Below, in pieces: positions 35,752-49,371 of a DNA stretch of 64,000 nt. Position numbers and translations under genes: made by a program. This DNA comes from Candidatus Borkfalkia faecigallinarum (GTDB lineage: Bacteria > Bacillota > Clostridia > Christensenellales > Borkfalkiaceae): the NCBI GenBank assembly GCA_019114625.1, contig DXFD01000083.1, forward strand, positions 1,845 through 65,844, written 5' to 3'. How positions within the stretch are numbered: position 1 is the stretch's first letter; every line of letters begins with the position of its first letter. The notes beneath the pieces were generated by a model. The model worked only from the letters and a program-made list of their open reading frames with translations. It was not told the DNA's origin and did not search any database.

Positions 35752-36999
35752 ATGAACCCTTTTCAGGAAAAAGCAAAAGACATCGAAAAGACGTACAAGA
35801 GCTGGAAGAGCATCAACGTCCGCCCGTACGACAAGGAAACGGTCGATCCGTACACCCGCGTGCGCGTCATCCTGATGAACGGCACGGAGTTTGAGGCGAT
35901 CTGGAACACGTCGCGCCTGTCCCGCCGCTGCACCAACAATGACGTGCGCCGCGGCATGGCGCTCATCCGCCGCGGCGAACAGCAGCAGCAAAAGCGCATC
36001 GCGTCCCTCAAACCCATCAACGAGAGCATCCTCGAACACACCATCGGCTACGAACAGCTCGCCGTCGACCTCACCGCCATCCTCGCGCAGCGCGAAAAGA
36101 ACGCCTACGTCAAAAAGCAGATGGACTTCGCCCTCCTCGAGGACTTCGACCATCTCTACCGCTATGCCGATCTTTTGGATTTCGAGCGGGGCATCCACGC
36201 CGAAAAGCTGGTCGGGGCCTACACCGAGATCATGCCCGGCCGCCCGACCGTCGCCGAGGCTCGCGCCCCACAGGACGACGTGCGCTTTTATATCAACAAC
36301 TTCCTCAACGACCCGATCACCCGCCTGAACATCGCCATCGTCACCGCCGCCGAGCAGCAGACGATGAACTACTATCTCAACGTCGCCAACCTGCACGACA
36401 CGGAGCTGGGCCGCAAGCTGTATTCGGAGATCGCCATGATCGAGGAGCAGCACGTCACGGGCTACGGCAGCCTGTCCGACCCGTCGCCGGATATGTTCGA
36501 GTGCATGGTCATGCACGAGTACACCGAGTGCTACCTCTATTGGAGCTGCTACAACGACGAAAAGGACGAGCGCATCAAGCAGATCTGGCTGATGCACTTC
36601 GAGGAAGAGCTTGCGCACCTGCATTTTGCGGCGGCGATGCTGGAAAAGTACAGCGGCAAGGATTGGCAGCAGCTCTTCCCCGAGGGCGGCGACTTCCCCG
36701 AACTTCTCGCGTTTTCCGAGCAGAAGAGCTATATCCGTGAAGTGCTGCGCAGCGTGCGCCTGACCGCCCGCGCGGAGAGCTACGCCGAGGTGGATGAGCT
36801 CCCGGACAATTTCCGCTTCTTCTCATACAACCGCGCCGTGCAGGGGAACGTCAAGGGGCTCGCGAGCCACGTCGTCATCGAAAAGACGATCGAAAAGTTC
36901 GGCAAGGATTACCGCGTGGAGGACAAGGCGCACCCCATCCGCGGGCTGAACGACCCGAAGAGCGTCAACGCCGACATCGCCCGCGTCAAGGGCGCGTGA
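35752..36999 (+). CDS. Uncharacterised protein with repeated ferritin-like metal motifs
   Basis: EDFDH, EEQH and EELAH helices with upstream EQ/E residues; AGGAGG RBS. Confidence 0.7.
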   Translation: MNPFQEKAKDIEKTYKSWKSINVRPYDKETVDPYTRVRVILMNGTEFEAIWNTSRLSRRCTNNDVRRGMALIRRGEQQQQKRIASLKPINESILEHTIGYEQLAVDLTAILAQREKNAYVKKQMDFALLEDFDHLYRYADLLDFERGIHAEKLVGAYTEIMPGRPTVAEARAPQDDVRFYINNFLNDPITRLNIAIVTAAEQQTMNYYLNVANLHDTELGRKLYSEIAMIEEQHVTGYGSLSDPSPDMFECMVMHEYTECYLYWSCYNDEKDERIKQIWLMHFEEELAHLHFAAAMLEKYSGKDWQQLFPEGGDFPELLAFSEQKSYIREVLRSVRLTARAESYAEVDELPDNFRFFSYNRAVQGNVKGLASHVVIEKTIEKFGKDYRVEDKAHPIRGLNDPKSVNADIARVKGA

Positions 37000-37319
37000 A
37001 CAAAGGGCGCGTGAATAAAAGAGGTGCGTTCGCACGAGGAGGCCCCGGCGCGGCATTGCCGCGCCGGGGCCTTTTATCGCGCCGGGACCTTTCGCCGCCC
37101 GGAAACCGCAAGCCTGCCCGCAAGGGAAAAGCCCGCCCGAAATCTAAAAGCCCGTCCGAAGCTCAAACGTCCGCCCGAAATCGAAAAGCTCGCCCGCGGC
37201 GGGCGCTGTCTTGCCGAAAGGGAAAGGGGACGAATTGCCCGTAATATCCGTTTTTGGCTTTACATTTGCCGCCCGTATATGATATAATTTGTATGCAAAT
37301 CATTCTTGCTGGCGGAGCT

Positions 37320-38294
37320 ATGAAGTACGTTTTTTTCGACATCGAGTGCGCGTGCGTGTATAAAAACGTAGCAAAGATCTGCGTTTTCGGATACTGCATC
37401 GCCGACGAACAGTTTCATATTTTAGAGAAAGAGGATATCCTGATCAATCCGAACGGGAAATTTCATCTGACCGACCACGGCGGGGACGGCATCGTCCTCC
37501 CGTACGATTACAACGATTTCAAGAAGTATCCCGATTTCAAGAAGTTTTATCCCCGCATCAAGGCATTGCTGGAGGGGGAGGACCGCATGGTCTTCGGCCA
37601 CGCCGCCATCAACGACGTCAAGTACCTCAACCTCGAAACGAAGCGGTATCGGCTGCCCTCCTTTTCCTTCCGCTTTGCCGACACGCAGGTGCTTTACATG
37701 GCGATGACGGAGACGTTTGACCGCCAGGCGGGGCTGGAATCTCTGACGCAGATCTTCGAGATCGACTACACGCCCCATTGCGCGGCGGACGACGCCTACG
37801 CGACCATGCGCATCGCGCAGGAGATGTGCGTCAAAGAAAATTGCACCCTCCCCGAACTTTTGGAAAAGTTCAGCATCCGTTTCGGAAAGATCGGCAACTA
37901 CCAGTTCAACAACTGTTCTTCCAACCGCAGGACGGAATACCTGCGCGAGAAGAAGCGCATCAAGCGCGAGCGCGGCGAGAAGCGCGCCAGGTTCAACGAC
38001 TTTGTCTACGGCTACCGCGTCCGCCCGCAATCGGACGAGTGGCGGGGCAAGCGCTTCAGCTTTTCGCGCAGCATCGAGGAGGAGCTCCCCCTCGCCAAGA
38101 GCCTCGTGCGCGAGATCGTGCGGCGGGGCGGGCGGTATTCGCTCAAACTTTCCGGCTGCAACACCTTTGTGGAGGAGGCGGGGGACGACAGCGTCCGCTG
38201 CGGCGCCGCGCACAAACTGCTGGAGGAGGGCAAGATCGCGGAGATCTTCACGCTGGACGATTTCCGCGCCCGCTTCATGCCCGCGGAAGAATGA
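37320..38294 (+). CDS. DEDDh 3'-5' exonuclease with possible C-terminal BRCT-like domain
   Basis: FDIECA, GH....D, DTQ and HCAADDAYAT motifs. Confidence 0.8.
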   Translation: MKYVFFDIECACVYKNVAKICVFGYCIADEQFHILEKEDILINPNGKFHLTDHGGDGIVLPYDYNDFKKYPDFKKFYPRIKALLEGEDRMVFGHAAINDVKYLNLETKRYRLPSFSFRFADTQVLYMAMTETFDRQAGLESLTQIFEIDYTPHCAADDAYATMRIAQEMCVKENCTLPELLEKFSIRFGKIGNYQFNNCSSNRRTEYLREKKRIKRERGEKRARFNDFVYGYRVRPQSDEWRGKRFSFSRSIEEELPLAKSLVREIVRRGGRYSLKLSGCNTFVEEAGDDSVRCGAAHKLLEEGKIAEIFTLDDFRARFMPAEE

Positions 38295-39559
38295 ACGGGC
38301 GGTATGCGCAGCGGATGCGGGAGCTGCTGGGCGAGGAATACGCCGCCTATGCGGCGTGCCTGCGCGAAGCCCCCGTCCGCGGGATCCGCGTCAACACGAA
38401 TAAGATCGCGATCGAAGAGTTTCGGGCGATCGCGCCCTTTCCGCTCGAACCCGTCCCGTGGGAGGCGAGCGGTTTTTATATCGCGGAGGAAAAGCCGGGC
38501 AGGTGCCCTTATCACGACGCGGGGCTGTTCTACGTGCAGGAGCCGAGCGCCATGTGCGCGGCGCCCCTTTTGCGGGTGCGCCCGGGCGAGCGGGTGCTCG
38601 ACCTTTGCAGCGCGCCGGGCGGGAAGGGCACGCAGCTCGCGCAGGCGATGGGCGGGCAGGGGATCCTCGTCCTCAACGAGAAGATGCCAGACCGCGCGCG
38701 CATCCTCCTGCAAAACGTCGAGCGCATGGGGGTCACAAACGCCGTCGTGACCTGCGCCGACCCCGCCGCGCTCGCGTCCCGCTTTGCGGGGTATTTTGAT
38801 AAGATCCTCGTGGATGCGCCTTGTTCGGGGGAGGGGATGCTGCGCAAGGAAGAGGCGGCCGCGGCCGAATGGAGCGAGGAGAAAGTCCGCATGTGTGCGG
38901 ACCGCCAGGCGAAGATCCTCGACAGCGCCGCCCGTATGCTCGCGCCCGGCGGCACGCTCGTCTATTCGACCTGCACCTTTTCGCGGGAGGAAGACGAGGA
39001 CAACGCCGCCCGCTTCTGCGCCGAACACCCCGCCTTTTCGCAGGAGGAACAGGTCAAGCTCTACCCGCACCGCGTGCGCGGCGAGGGGCATTTTGCCGCC
39101 CGCTTCGTGCGGGAGGACGGAGAGCCCGCGCGCGTGCGCCCCGCCAAGCCGACGGCCGACCGCCGCGCCGTCGCCGCTTGGAAGGACTTTGCGGCGGACT
39201 TCCTCCTGTCCTGCCCGGAAGGGGAATATCTCTCCTTCGGCGACGCGCTCTGCCTCGTCCCCGCGGGGCTGTTCGCGTTGGACGGCCTGAAGGTGCTGCG
39301 CCCCGGGCTTTGCCTCGGCGCCTATCGGAACGGGCGGTTCGAGCCCGCCCACGCGCTCGCGCTCGGCATCGCGCGCACGAATTTTGCCCGCGTCGTCGAC
39401 TGTTCGGAAGAGGAGATCGCGCGCTATCTGCGCGGCGAGGAACTCTTTGCCGACGGGAAGGGCTGGTGCGCTGTCGCCTACCGCGGCTGGCCGGTCGGGC
39501 TGGGCAAGCTGTCCGCGGGAAGGCTGAAAAATCATTATCCGAAGGGGCTGCGCCATTGA
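38291..39559 (+). CDS. rsmF: RsmF/RsmB-NOL1 family RNA m5C methyltransferase
   Basis: YVQEPSAM, LDLCSAPGGK, DAPCSGEG, YSTCT and LKNHYPKGLR motifs. Confidence 0.92.
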   Translation: MNGRYAQRMRELLGEEYAAYAACLREAPVRGIRVNTNKIAIEEFRAIAPFPLEPVPWEASGFYIAEEKPGRCPYHDAGLFYVQEPSAMCAAPLLRVRPGERVLDLCSAPGGKGTQLAQAMGGQGILVLNEKMPDRARILLQNVERMGVTNAVVTCADPAALASRFAGYFDKILVDAPCSGEGMLRKEEAAAAEWSEEKVRMCADRQAKILDSAARMLAPGGTLVYSTCTFSREEDEDNAARFCAEHPAFSQEEQVKLYPHRVRGEGHFAARFVREDGEPARVRPAKPTADRRAVAAWKDFAADFLLSCPEGEYLSFGDALCLVPAGLFALDGLKVLRPGLCLGAYRNGRFEPAHALALGIARTNFARVVDCSEEEIARYLRGEELFADGKGWCAVAYRGWPVGLGKLSAGRLKNHYPKGLRH

Positions 39560-39577
39560 AGATCGGCTTTTTTGCCG

Positions 39578-39604
39578 TATGCGAAGTACTATGCGTGACA
39601 AAAA
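39578..39604 (+). repeat. Dispersed AGTACT-core motif, copy 6
   Basis: TATGCGAAGTACTATGCGTGACAAAAA between convergent genes. Confidence 0.88.
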
Positions 39605-39723
39605 TAGCCGCAAGTGCGTCCGGAAAACCGGCTACAGGAATATCGGTCCCGGCGGTCTTCGGCAGCCGGCTGCCGGCCGTCGGCCATCGGCCGCAAGGCA
39701 TAAGACGCGGCGGACAATCGAAT

Positions 39724-39759
39724 AAAGGAGCGGGGCATCGGTCGATGCCCCGCTCCTTT
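39724..39759. terminator. Bidirectional terminator between rsmF and argH
   Basis: AAAGGAGCGGGGCATCG-GT-CGATGCCCCGCTCCTTT. Confidence 0.85.
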
Positions 39760-39795
39760 CGCGAACGGATCGGTTCGGTTTTCTTTTTCGGTAGA

Positions 39796-41178
<1,383 letters not shown>

Positions 41179-41216
41179 AATTTCCTTCTCCGTATATGAT
41201 TTTAAGTCCGTTTCGA

Positions 41217-41245
41217 TTGACTTATTGGCCGAAAAACTTTACAAT
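41217..41245 (+). promoter_or_regulatory. sigmaA promoter towards ruvC
   Basis: TTGACT-N17-TACAAT. Confidence 0.65.
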
Positions 41246-41314
41246 AAAAGGGTAGCGGAGCGTCCGCGCGGGTATGCCGCTTCAGGTTTGCGCGCGCCTC
41301 TCGCCGCTCCTTTC

Positions 41315-41343
41315 ATTGTAATATATTTCGCGGAAAAATTCAA
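41315..41343 (-). promoter_or_regulatory. sigmaA promoter towards argH
   Basis: TTGAAT-N17-TACAAT on the minus strand. Confidence 0.6.
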
Positions 41344-41369
41344 CTTATTTGTCCGGAAAGAGCGTAAAA

Positions 41370-41864
41370 TTGATTATTTTAGGGATCGATCCGGGGCTTG
41401 CCACGCTCGGTTATGGCATCCTGGAAAAAAATGAACGCGGCAATGTCCGCACCGTCGATTACGGCGTCGTGCTCACGCCGAAGGAGGAGCGCCTCCCCAC
41501 CCGCCTCGCGATCTTGGAGGAGGGGATCGTCCGACTGCTCGACAAGTACCCGCCCGACGAAGTCGCGGTGGAGGAGCTGTTTTTTACCAAGAACGTGACG
41601 ACGGGCATCGCCGTCGCGCACGCGCGCGGCGTCGCGCTGCTCACCTGCGTCAAGCGCTGCGGCAGGCTGTTCGAATACACGCCCATGCAGATCAAACAGG
41701 CGCTGACCGGCTACGGCAAGGCGGAAAAGAAGCAGATCCAGCTCGTCACGGCGAGCCTACTCCGCCTGCCCGGCGTCCCGCGCCCGGATGACGCCGCCGA
41801 CGCGCTCGCCGTCGCGCTGTGCCATTCCTTTACCTCCCGCCTTTCCGGCCTGTACACGATCTGA
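41370..41864 (+). CDS. ruvC: Holliday junction resolvase RuvC
   Basis: ILGIDPG, AVEELFF, EYTP.QIK and PDDAADALA motifs; TTG start. Confidence 0.96.
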   Translation: MIILGIDPGLATLGYGILEKNERGNVRTVDYGVVLTPKEERLPTRLAILEEGIVRLLDKYPPDEVAVEELFFTKNVTTGIAVAHARGVALLTCVKRCGRLFEYTPMQIKQALTGYGKAEKKQIQLVTASLLRLPGVPRPDDAADALAVALCHSFTSRLSGLYTI

Positions 41865-41891
41865 ACCATCGAAATTGGGAGAGACTTCTTT

Positions 41892-42491
41892 ATGATCGGC
41901 TATATCCAGGGAAAAGTGATCCATTCGGACGATGGCGTCGTCCTTTTCGAAAATAACGGGATCGGCTACGAGATCGTCTGCTCGGGCGCCCTCTATGCGA
42001 AACTTCTGACGGACGGGCAGGGGGAAGCGTACACCTATCTGCAGGTGCGCGACGACGGCCTGACCCTCTTCGGCTTTGCCTCTTTGGAGGAGAAGAAGAT
42101 GTTTTTGCAGCTCGTCTCGGTCTCGGGCGTGGGCGCCAAGATGGGCATCGCCGTGCTTTCGGCCATGAACGTGGGCGACATCGCCGTGGCGATCGCCTCT
42201 TCCGACGTGCGCCGCCTGACTTCCGTCAAGGGGCTGGGAAAAAAGACGGCGGAACGCATCGTGCTGGAGCTGCGCGAAAAAGTCTCGGCGCAGCCGGCGG
42301 AGCGGGATCGCGCGGCGGGCAAGGCGGCCGAGGCGCCGCCGCGCGTCTCCGACCGGGAGGAGGACGCCGTCGTCGGGCTCATGTCCCTCGGCTATACGCG
42401 CGCGGAGAGCGTGCGCGCGGTGCGCGCCGCCGTCGAGGGCGGGGCGGACAGTATCGAAGAGATCATCATGACGGCGCTCCGTTCCATGTGA
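41892..42491 (+). CDS. ruvA: Holliday junction branch migration protein RuvA
   Basis: MIGYIQG, LFGF, VSGVGAK and GLGKKTAERIVLEL motifs. Confidence 0.96.
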   Translation: MIGYIQGKVIHSDDGVVLFENNGIGYEIVCSGALYAKLLTDGQGEAYTYLQVRDDGLTLFGFASLEEKKMFLQLVSVSGVGAKMGIAVLSAMNVGDIAVAIASSDVRRLTSVKGLGKKTAERIVLELREKVSAQPAERDRAAGKAAEAPPRVSDREEDAVVGLMSLGYTRAESVRAVRAAVEGGADSIEEIIMTALRSM

Positions 42492-42506
42492 TCATAGGAT
42501 GAGAGA

Positions 42507-43568
<1,062 letters not shown>

Positions 43569-43593
43569 GGCGCGAATAGCGGGATTTTCCCGT

Positions 43594-43620
43594 TATGCAG
43601 AGTACTATGCGGCGCATAAA
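43594..43620 (+). repeat. Dispersed AGTACT-core motif, copy 7
   Basis: TATGCAGAGTACTATGCGGCGCATAAA. Confidence 0.88.
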
Positions 43621-43649
43621 CGCCGCTTTTTGAGGGATCGCAGGCCGTT

Positions 43650-45915
<2,266 letters not shown>

Positions 45916-46069
45916 GCGGCTTTTCCCGCCGCGTTTGTGTCGAAAAGACGAAAAGTGCGTCGTCTGCGCAGAATTTCTCCGCAACGGTCCGCAAAACAGT
46001 TGCCAAAATTGCGAAAAAAAGGTATGATATAAAGCAGCGAAAGCGATTTTCGGAAGGAGAACAGACACA

Positions 46070-46525
46070 ATGAATTTTTATAATCTCTTGGAAGAGGCGG
46101 CCGAGACCACGTCCGGCGGCTGGATGCAGTGGGTCCCGATCATCATCATCGTCGCGCTGCTCGTCGCGTATCTGGTGTGGGCGTTTCTGTCGCAGCGCAA
46201 AAAGCAGAAGTATTACAATGACGTGATCAACGCCGTTCGCCCCGGCAACAAGGTCGTGACCAGGGGCGGCGTCATCGGTGAAGTCGTCGAAGTGGACGAC
46301 GAGGAGGGCACCTTCGTCCTGCGCACCGGCAGCGAGGGCAACTACAGCTATATCAAGTTTGACAAGCAGTCCATCTATCAGACGGATGCGAAGCCCGAAC
46401 TTGCCGAAGGGGAGAAGGCTCCCGCCGAGGAAGAGGTCAAACCTTCTCAGGACGCTGCAAAACCCGCCGCAGACGCCTCCGAAGAGCCGTTTGAAGAAGA
46501 AAAGTCCGAAAAGGACGGCGAATGA
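46070..46525 (+). CDS. yajC: Preprotein translocase subunit YajC with acidic C-terminal tail
   Basis: Single TM, basic stretch, G.KVVTRGG.IG motif; follows tgt. Confidence 0.88.
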   Translation: MNFYNLLEEAAETTSGGWMQWVPIIIIVALLVAYLVWAFLSQRKKQKYYNDVINAVRPGNKVVTRGGVIGEVVEVDDEEGTFVLRTGSEGNYSYIKFDKQSIYQTDAKPELAEGEKAPAEEEVKPSQDAAKPAADASEEPFEEEKSEKDGE

Positions 46526-46596
46526 TCGCCCGAAACGAATAATCGGAATACGCCTCCGCATAGAGATAGAGTACATCTCGTGCGGAGGTATTTTTT

Positions 46597-46977
46597 ATGC
46601 GGGGAGAGGTCGGCCGCGCCGCGGCGGAGATCGGCAAAGGAGTTTGCGTCGCGGCGGTGGTGACGCTGGCGGCGGTCCTTGTTTTTGCGCTGCTCATCAA
46701 ATTGTTTTCCATCGGTTCGTCGGTGATCATGCCCGTCAACCAGCTCATCAAGATGGCGGCGATCTTCACGGGCTGTTTTGTCTGCCTGCGCCCCGGCCGC
46801 GCCCTCGCCAAGGGCGCGATCTGCGGCGTCGCCGTCATCCTCGCGACCTATTTTCTGTTCGCGATCGTCGCGGGGGAGATCTCCTTCGGCTGGAAGAACG
46901 TGCTCGACTGGCTGTTCGGCGGCGTCGTCGGGGCGATCAGCGGCATCGTCTGCGCGGCGGTCAAAGGGAAATCGTGA
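46597..46977 (+). CDS. TIGR04086-like four-TM membrane protein
   Basis: Hydrophobic 126 aa with a KG...G motif; usual gene between yajC and SCIFF in Clostridia. Confidence 0.72.
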   Translation: MRGEVGRAAAEIGKGVCVAAVVTLAAVLVFALLIKLFSIGSSVIMPVNQLIKMAAIFTGCFVCLRPGRALAKGAICGVAVILATYFLFAIVAGEISFGWKNVLDWLFGGVVGAISGIVCAAVKGKS

Positions 46978-46997
46978 AGCGGAACGGCGGAAAACGC

Positions 46998-47026
46998 TTG
47001 CATTTTTCCGCGCGGTATATTATAAT
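46998..47026 (+). promoter_or_regulatory. sigmaA promoter of the SCIFF locus
   Basis: TTGCAT-N17-TATAAT. Confidence 0.7.
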
Positions 47027-47057
47027 AGAATAAAAAGCGAACAAAGGAGATCACATC

Positions 47058-47219
47058 ATGAATAAGATCCAGACGATCGCCCGCCCCGCGGAGAGAAAGG
47101 TCACGGGCTGCGGCGAATGCAGAAGCACCTGTCAGTCCGCCTGCAAGACCAGCTGCACTGTCGGCAACCAGTCCTGCGAGAGGATTTCCAGAGAGAACGA
47201 TCCCGAAAAGAATAACTAA
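47058..47219 (+). CDS. scfA: SCIFF six-cysteine ranthipeptide precursor (53 aa; absent from the ORF track)
   Basis: MNKIQTIARPAERKVTGCGECRSTCQSACKTSCTVGNQSCERISRENDPEKNN; AAGGAG RBS; directly upstream of the maturase. Confidence 0.95.
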   Translation: MNKIQTIARPAERKVTGCGECRSTCQSACKTSCTVGNQSCERISRENDPEKNN

Positions 47220-47231
47220 AGCAATTTCTCA

Positions 47232-47254
47232 AAGGGGCAGTTTTACTGCTCCTT
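47232..47254 (+). other. Stem-loop between the precursor and maturase genes
   Basis: AAGGGGCAGT-TTT-ACTGCTCCTT; may set precursor:enzyme transcript ratio. Confidence 0.55.
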
Positions 47255-47307
47255 AAATTCTGCCTTCCTGCGCCGCGCCGGGAGGTTTTGTCAGCCAAGA
47301 GGAAGTT

Positions 47308-48645
47308 ATGGTCCACGTTTTTGAATGCCGCGGGCATTATTATATTTTTGATACGGGCAGCTCGGCGCTGCACGAATGCGACGAAAAGGCCGCGCGGCTG
47401 CTGCGCGCGCGCCTCGGGGAGGAGGCGGACGTCTCCGACATCTCCGACGACGAGCGCCGCGCCTATGAGGAGGACTTCGCCGAGCTCGAGCGCGGCGGGC
47501 TCCTGTTCGCGCCCGAAACGAAGGCGCGCCCGATCAAGTCGGACGAGGTGAAGGCGCTCTGCCTGCACATCTGCCACGACTGCAACCTGCGCTGCCGCTA
47601 CTGCTTCGCGGACGAGGGCGCCTATCATTCCCGCCGCGAGTTCATGAGCCTGGAGACCGCCAAAAAGGCGATCGATTTTCTCATCGCCAATTCGGGCGCC
47701 CGCCGCGTCCTCGAAACGGACTTTTTCGGCGGCGAACCGCTCATGAACTTCGACGTCGTGAAGGAGACGGTGTACTACGCCAAGGCGGAAGCTGCCAAGC
47801 GGGGCAAGGAGTTCCGCTTCACGCTCACGACCAACGGCCTTCTGCTCAAAGACGACGTCGCCGAATTTCTCAACCGCGAGATGGACAACGTCGTCCTGTC
47901 CCTCGACGGCCGCAAGGAGGTGCACGACGCCGTGCGCAGGACCGCCAACGGCAAGGGGAGTTTTGACCTCGTCATCGAAAATCTGAAAAAGTTCGTGCAG
48001 ATCCGCGGCGACAAGAGTTATTATGTGCGCGGCACGTTCACCGCCAAAAACCTCGACTTTGCCAAAGACGTGCTCTTTTTGGCGGGCAGCGGCTTTGAGA
48101 GCATCTCCCTCGAGCCGGTCGTGACCGATATCCCCGACCTCGCCATCGGCGCGGAGCAGCTGCCCCGCATCGCGGCGGAGTACGACAAGCTGTGCGACGC
48201 CTATCTTTCCCGCCTCGCGGAAGGGAAGGGCTTCTCGTTCTTCCATTTCAACGTCGATCTGGAAGGCGGGCCCTGCCTCGCCAAGCGCGTGAGCGCGTGT
48301 GGAGCGGGCAACGAGTACTTTTCGGTCGTTCCCAACGGCGACATCTACCCTTGCCATCAGTTTGCGGGCGATGCGGAATTTCGCATGGGCAGCGTGTACG
48401 AGGGCAAGCTCGACCCCGCCATCCGCGAGCGCTTCCGCTCTTCCTGCCTGTTCACCCGCAAGAAGTGCGAGTCCTGCTTTGCCAAGTATATTTGCAGCGG
48501 CGGATGCAGCGCGAACAATTACCATTTCAACGGCAGCATCGACGAGCCGTACGAGATCACCTGCGCCATGATGCGCAAGCGCACCGAGGACGCGATGCAC
48601 ATCCTCGCCGAGCGCAAGAAGATGCAGGCGGATCAAGAGGCATGA
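47308..48645 (+). CDS. scfB: Radical SAM/SPASM SCIFF peptide maturase
   Basis: CNLRCRYC, FFGGEP, VLSLDG and SPASM CGAG..YPCHQF..CESC..ICSGGC motifs. Confidence 0.95.
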   Translation: MVHVFECRGHYYIFDTGSSALHECDEKAARLLRARLGEEADVSDISDDERRAYEEDFAELERGGLLFAPETKARPIKSDEVKALCLHICHDCNLRCRYCFADEGAYHSRREFMSLETAKKAIDFLIANSGARRVLETDFFGGEPLMNFDVVKETVYYAKAEAAKRGKEFRFTLTTNGLLLKDDVAEFLNREMDNVVLSLDGRKEVHDAVRRTANGKGSFDLVIENLKKFVQIRGDKSYYVRGTFTAKNLDFAKDVLFLAGSGFESISLEPVVTDIPDLAIGAEQLPRIAAEYDKLCDAYLSRLAEGKGFSFFHFNVDLEGGPCLAKRVSACGAGNEYFSVVPNGDIYPCHQFAGDAEFRMGSVYEGKLDPAIRERFRSSCLFTRKKCESCFAKYICSGGCSANNYHFNGSIDEPYEITCAMMRKRTEDAMHILAERKKMQADQEA

Positions 48646-49142
48646 AAGCGGTCAAAAGGGGCAAAAATACCTTTATACACGGCCGCGCATACGTCGCGGG
48701 CGACGTGACGCTGGAAGACGGCGCCAACATCTGGTGCGGCGCCTGCATCCGCGGCGACCTCGCGCCCGTTCGGATCGGGAAAAACACCAACGTGCAGGAC
48801 AATGCGACCATCCACGTCGGCTACGGCGTTCCCGCCGTGCTGGGCGACCATGTGACCGTCGGCCACAACGCCGTCGTGCACGGCGCTATGGTCGGCGACG
48901 GGACGCTCATCGGCATGGGCGCGGTCATCCTCGACGGGGCGAAGATCGGCGCGGGCTGCATCATCGGCGCGGCGACGCTCATCCCGGGCGGCAAAGAGAT
49001 CCCGGACGGCAGCGTCGTGTTCGGCAACCCGTTCCGCATCGTGCGGCAGGCGACGGAGGCGGAGCGGCAGGGGAATTTGCAAAACGCCGCGGCGTATCTG
49101 CGCCTGGCGGAGGCGTTTGCCGCCGCGGGCGAAGGGGTCTGA
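48642..49142 (+). CDS. Gamma-carbonic anhydrase family hexapeptide-repeat protein
   Basis: IRGD, NVQDN..IH, TVGH..VHG and IGMGA motifs. Confidence 0.9.
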   Translation: MKAVKRGKNTFIHGRAYVAGDVTLEDGANIWCGACIRGDLAPVRIGKNTNVQDNATIHVGYGVPAVLGDHVTVGHNAVVHGAMVGDGTLIGMGAVILDGAKIGAGCIIGAATLIPGGKEIPDGSVVFGNPFRIVRQATEAERQGNLQNAAAYLRLAEAFAAAGEGV

Positions 49143-49248
49143 GGCGGGATTTTCCCCGATATTGCGCGCCGCGGGGCGGGCCGCGGCCCGCGCTTGCGCG
49201 CGAAACGGTGAAATTAGGGCAAAATTTCGAAAAACGGATAATTTGCAC

Positions 49249-49277
49249 TTGACTAAATATCCGAACTTTATTATAAT
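49249..49277 (+). promoter_or_regulatory. sigmaA promoter of secD-secF
   Basis: TTGACT-N17-TATAAT. Confidence 0.75.
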
Positions 49278-49371
49278 TATTGAGTATATTTCTTACGATC
49301 CGGGTTTTTGCCGGGGACGCCGTCTCCGCGCGTTGGGTCCGGAAAACACTTTTTAGTTGCAGGAGGAGGCA

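Noticed and set aside
37778-38290. N-terminal extensions in the ORF track for rsmF (also 5-FTHF cyclo-ligase, prs, pth, ung, gamma-CA and TIGR03915)
   Set aside because: Family similarity and RBS or stop-start overlaps support the later starts used above.
43594-43620. Dispersed motif as a LexA/SOS box because copies lie near ruvB and rarA
   Set aside because: Copies are downstream of those genes and do not match GAAC-N4-GTTC; most neighbours are unrelated to DNA repair.
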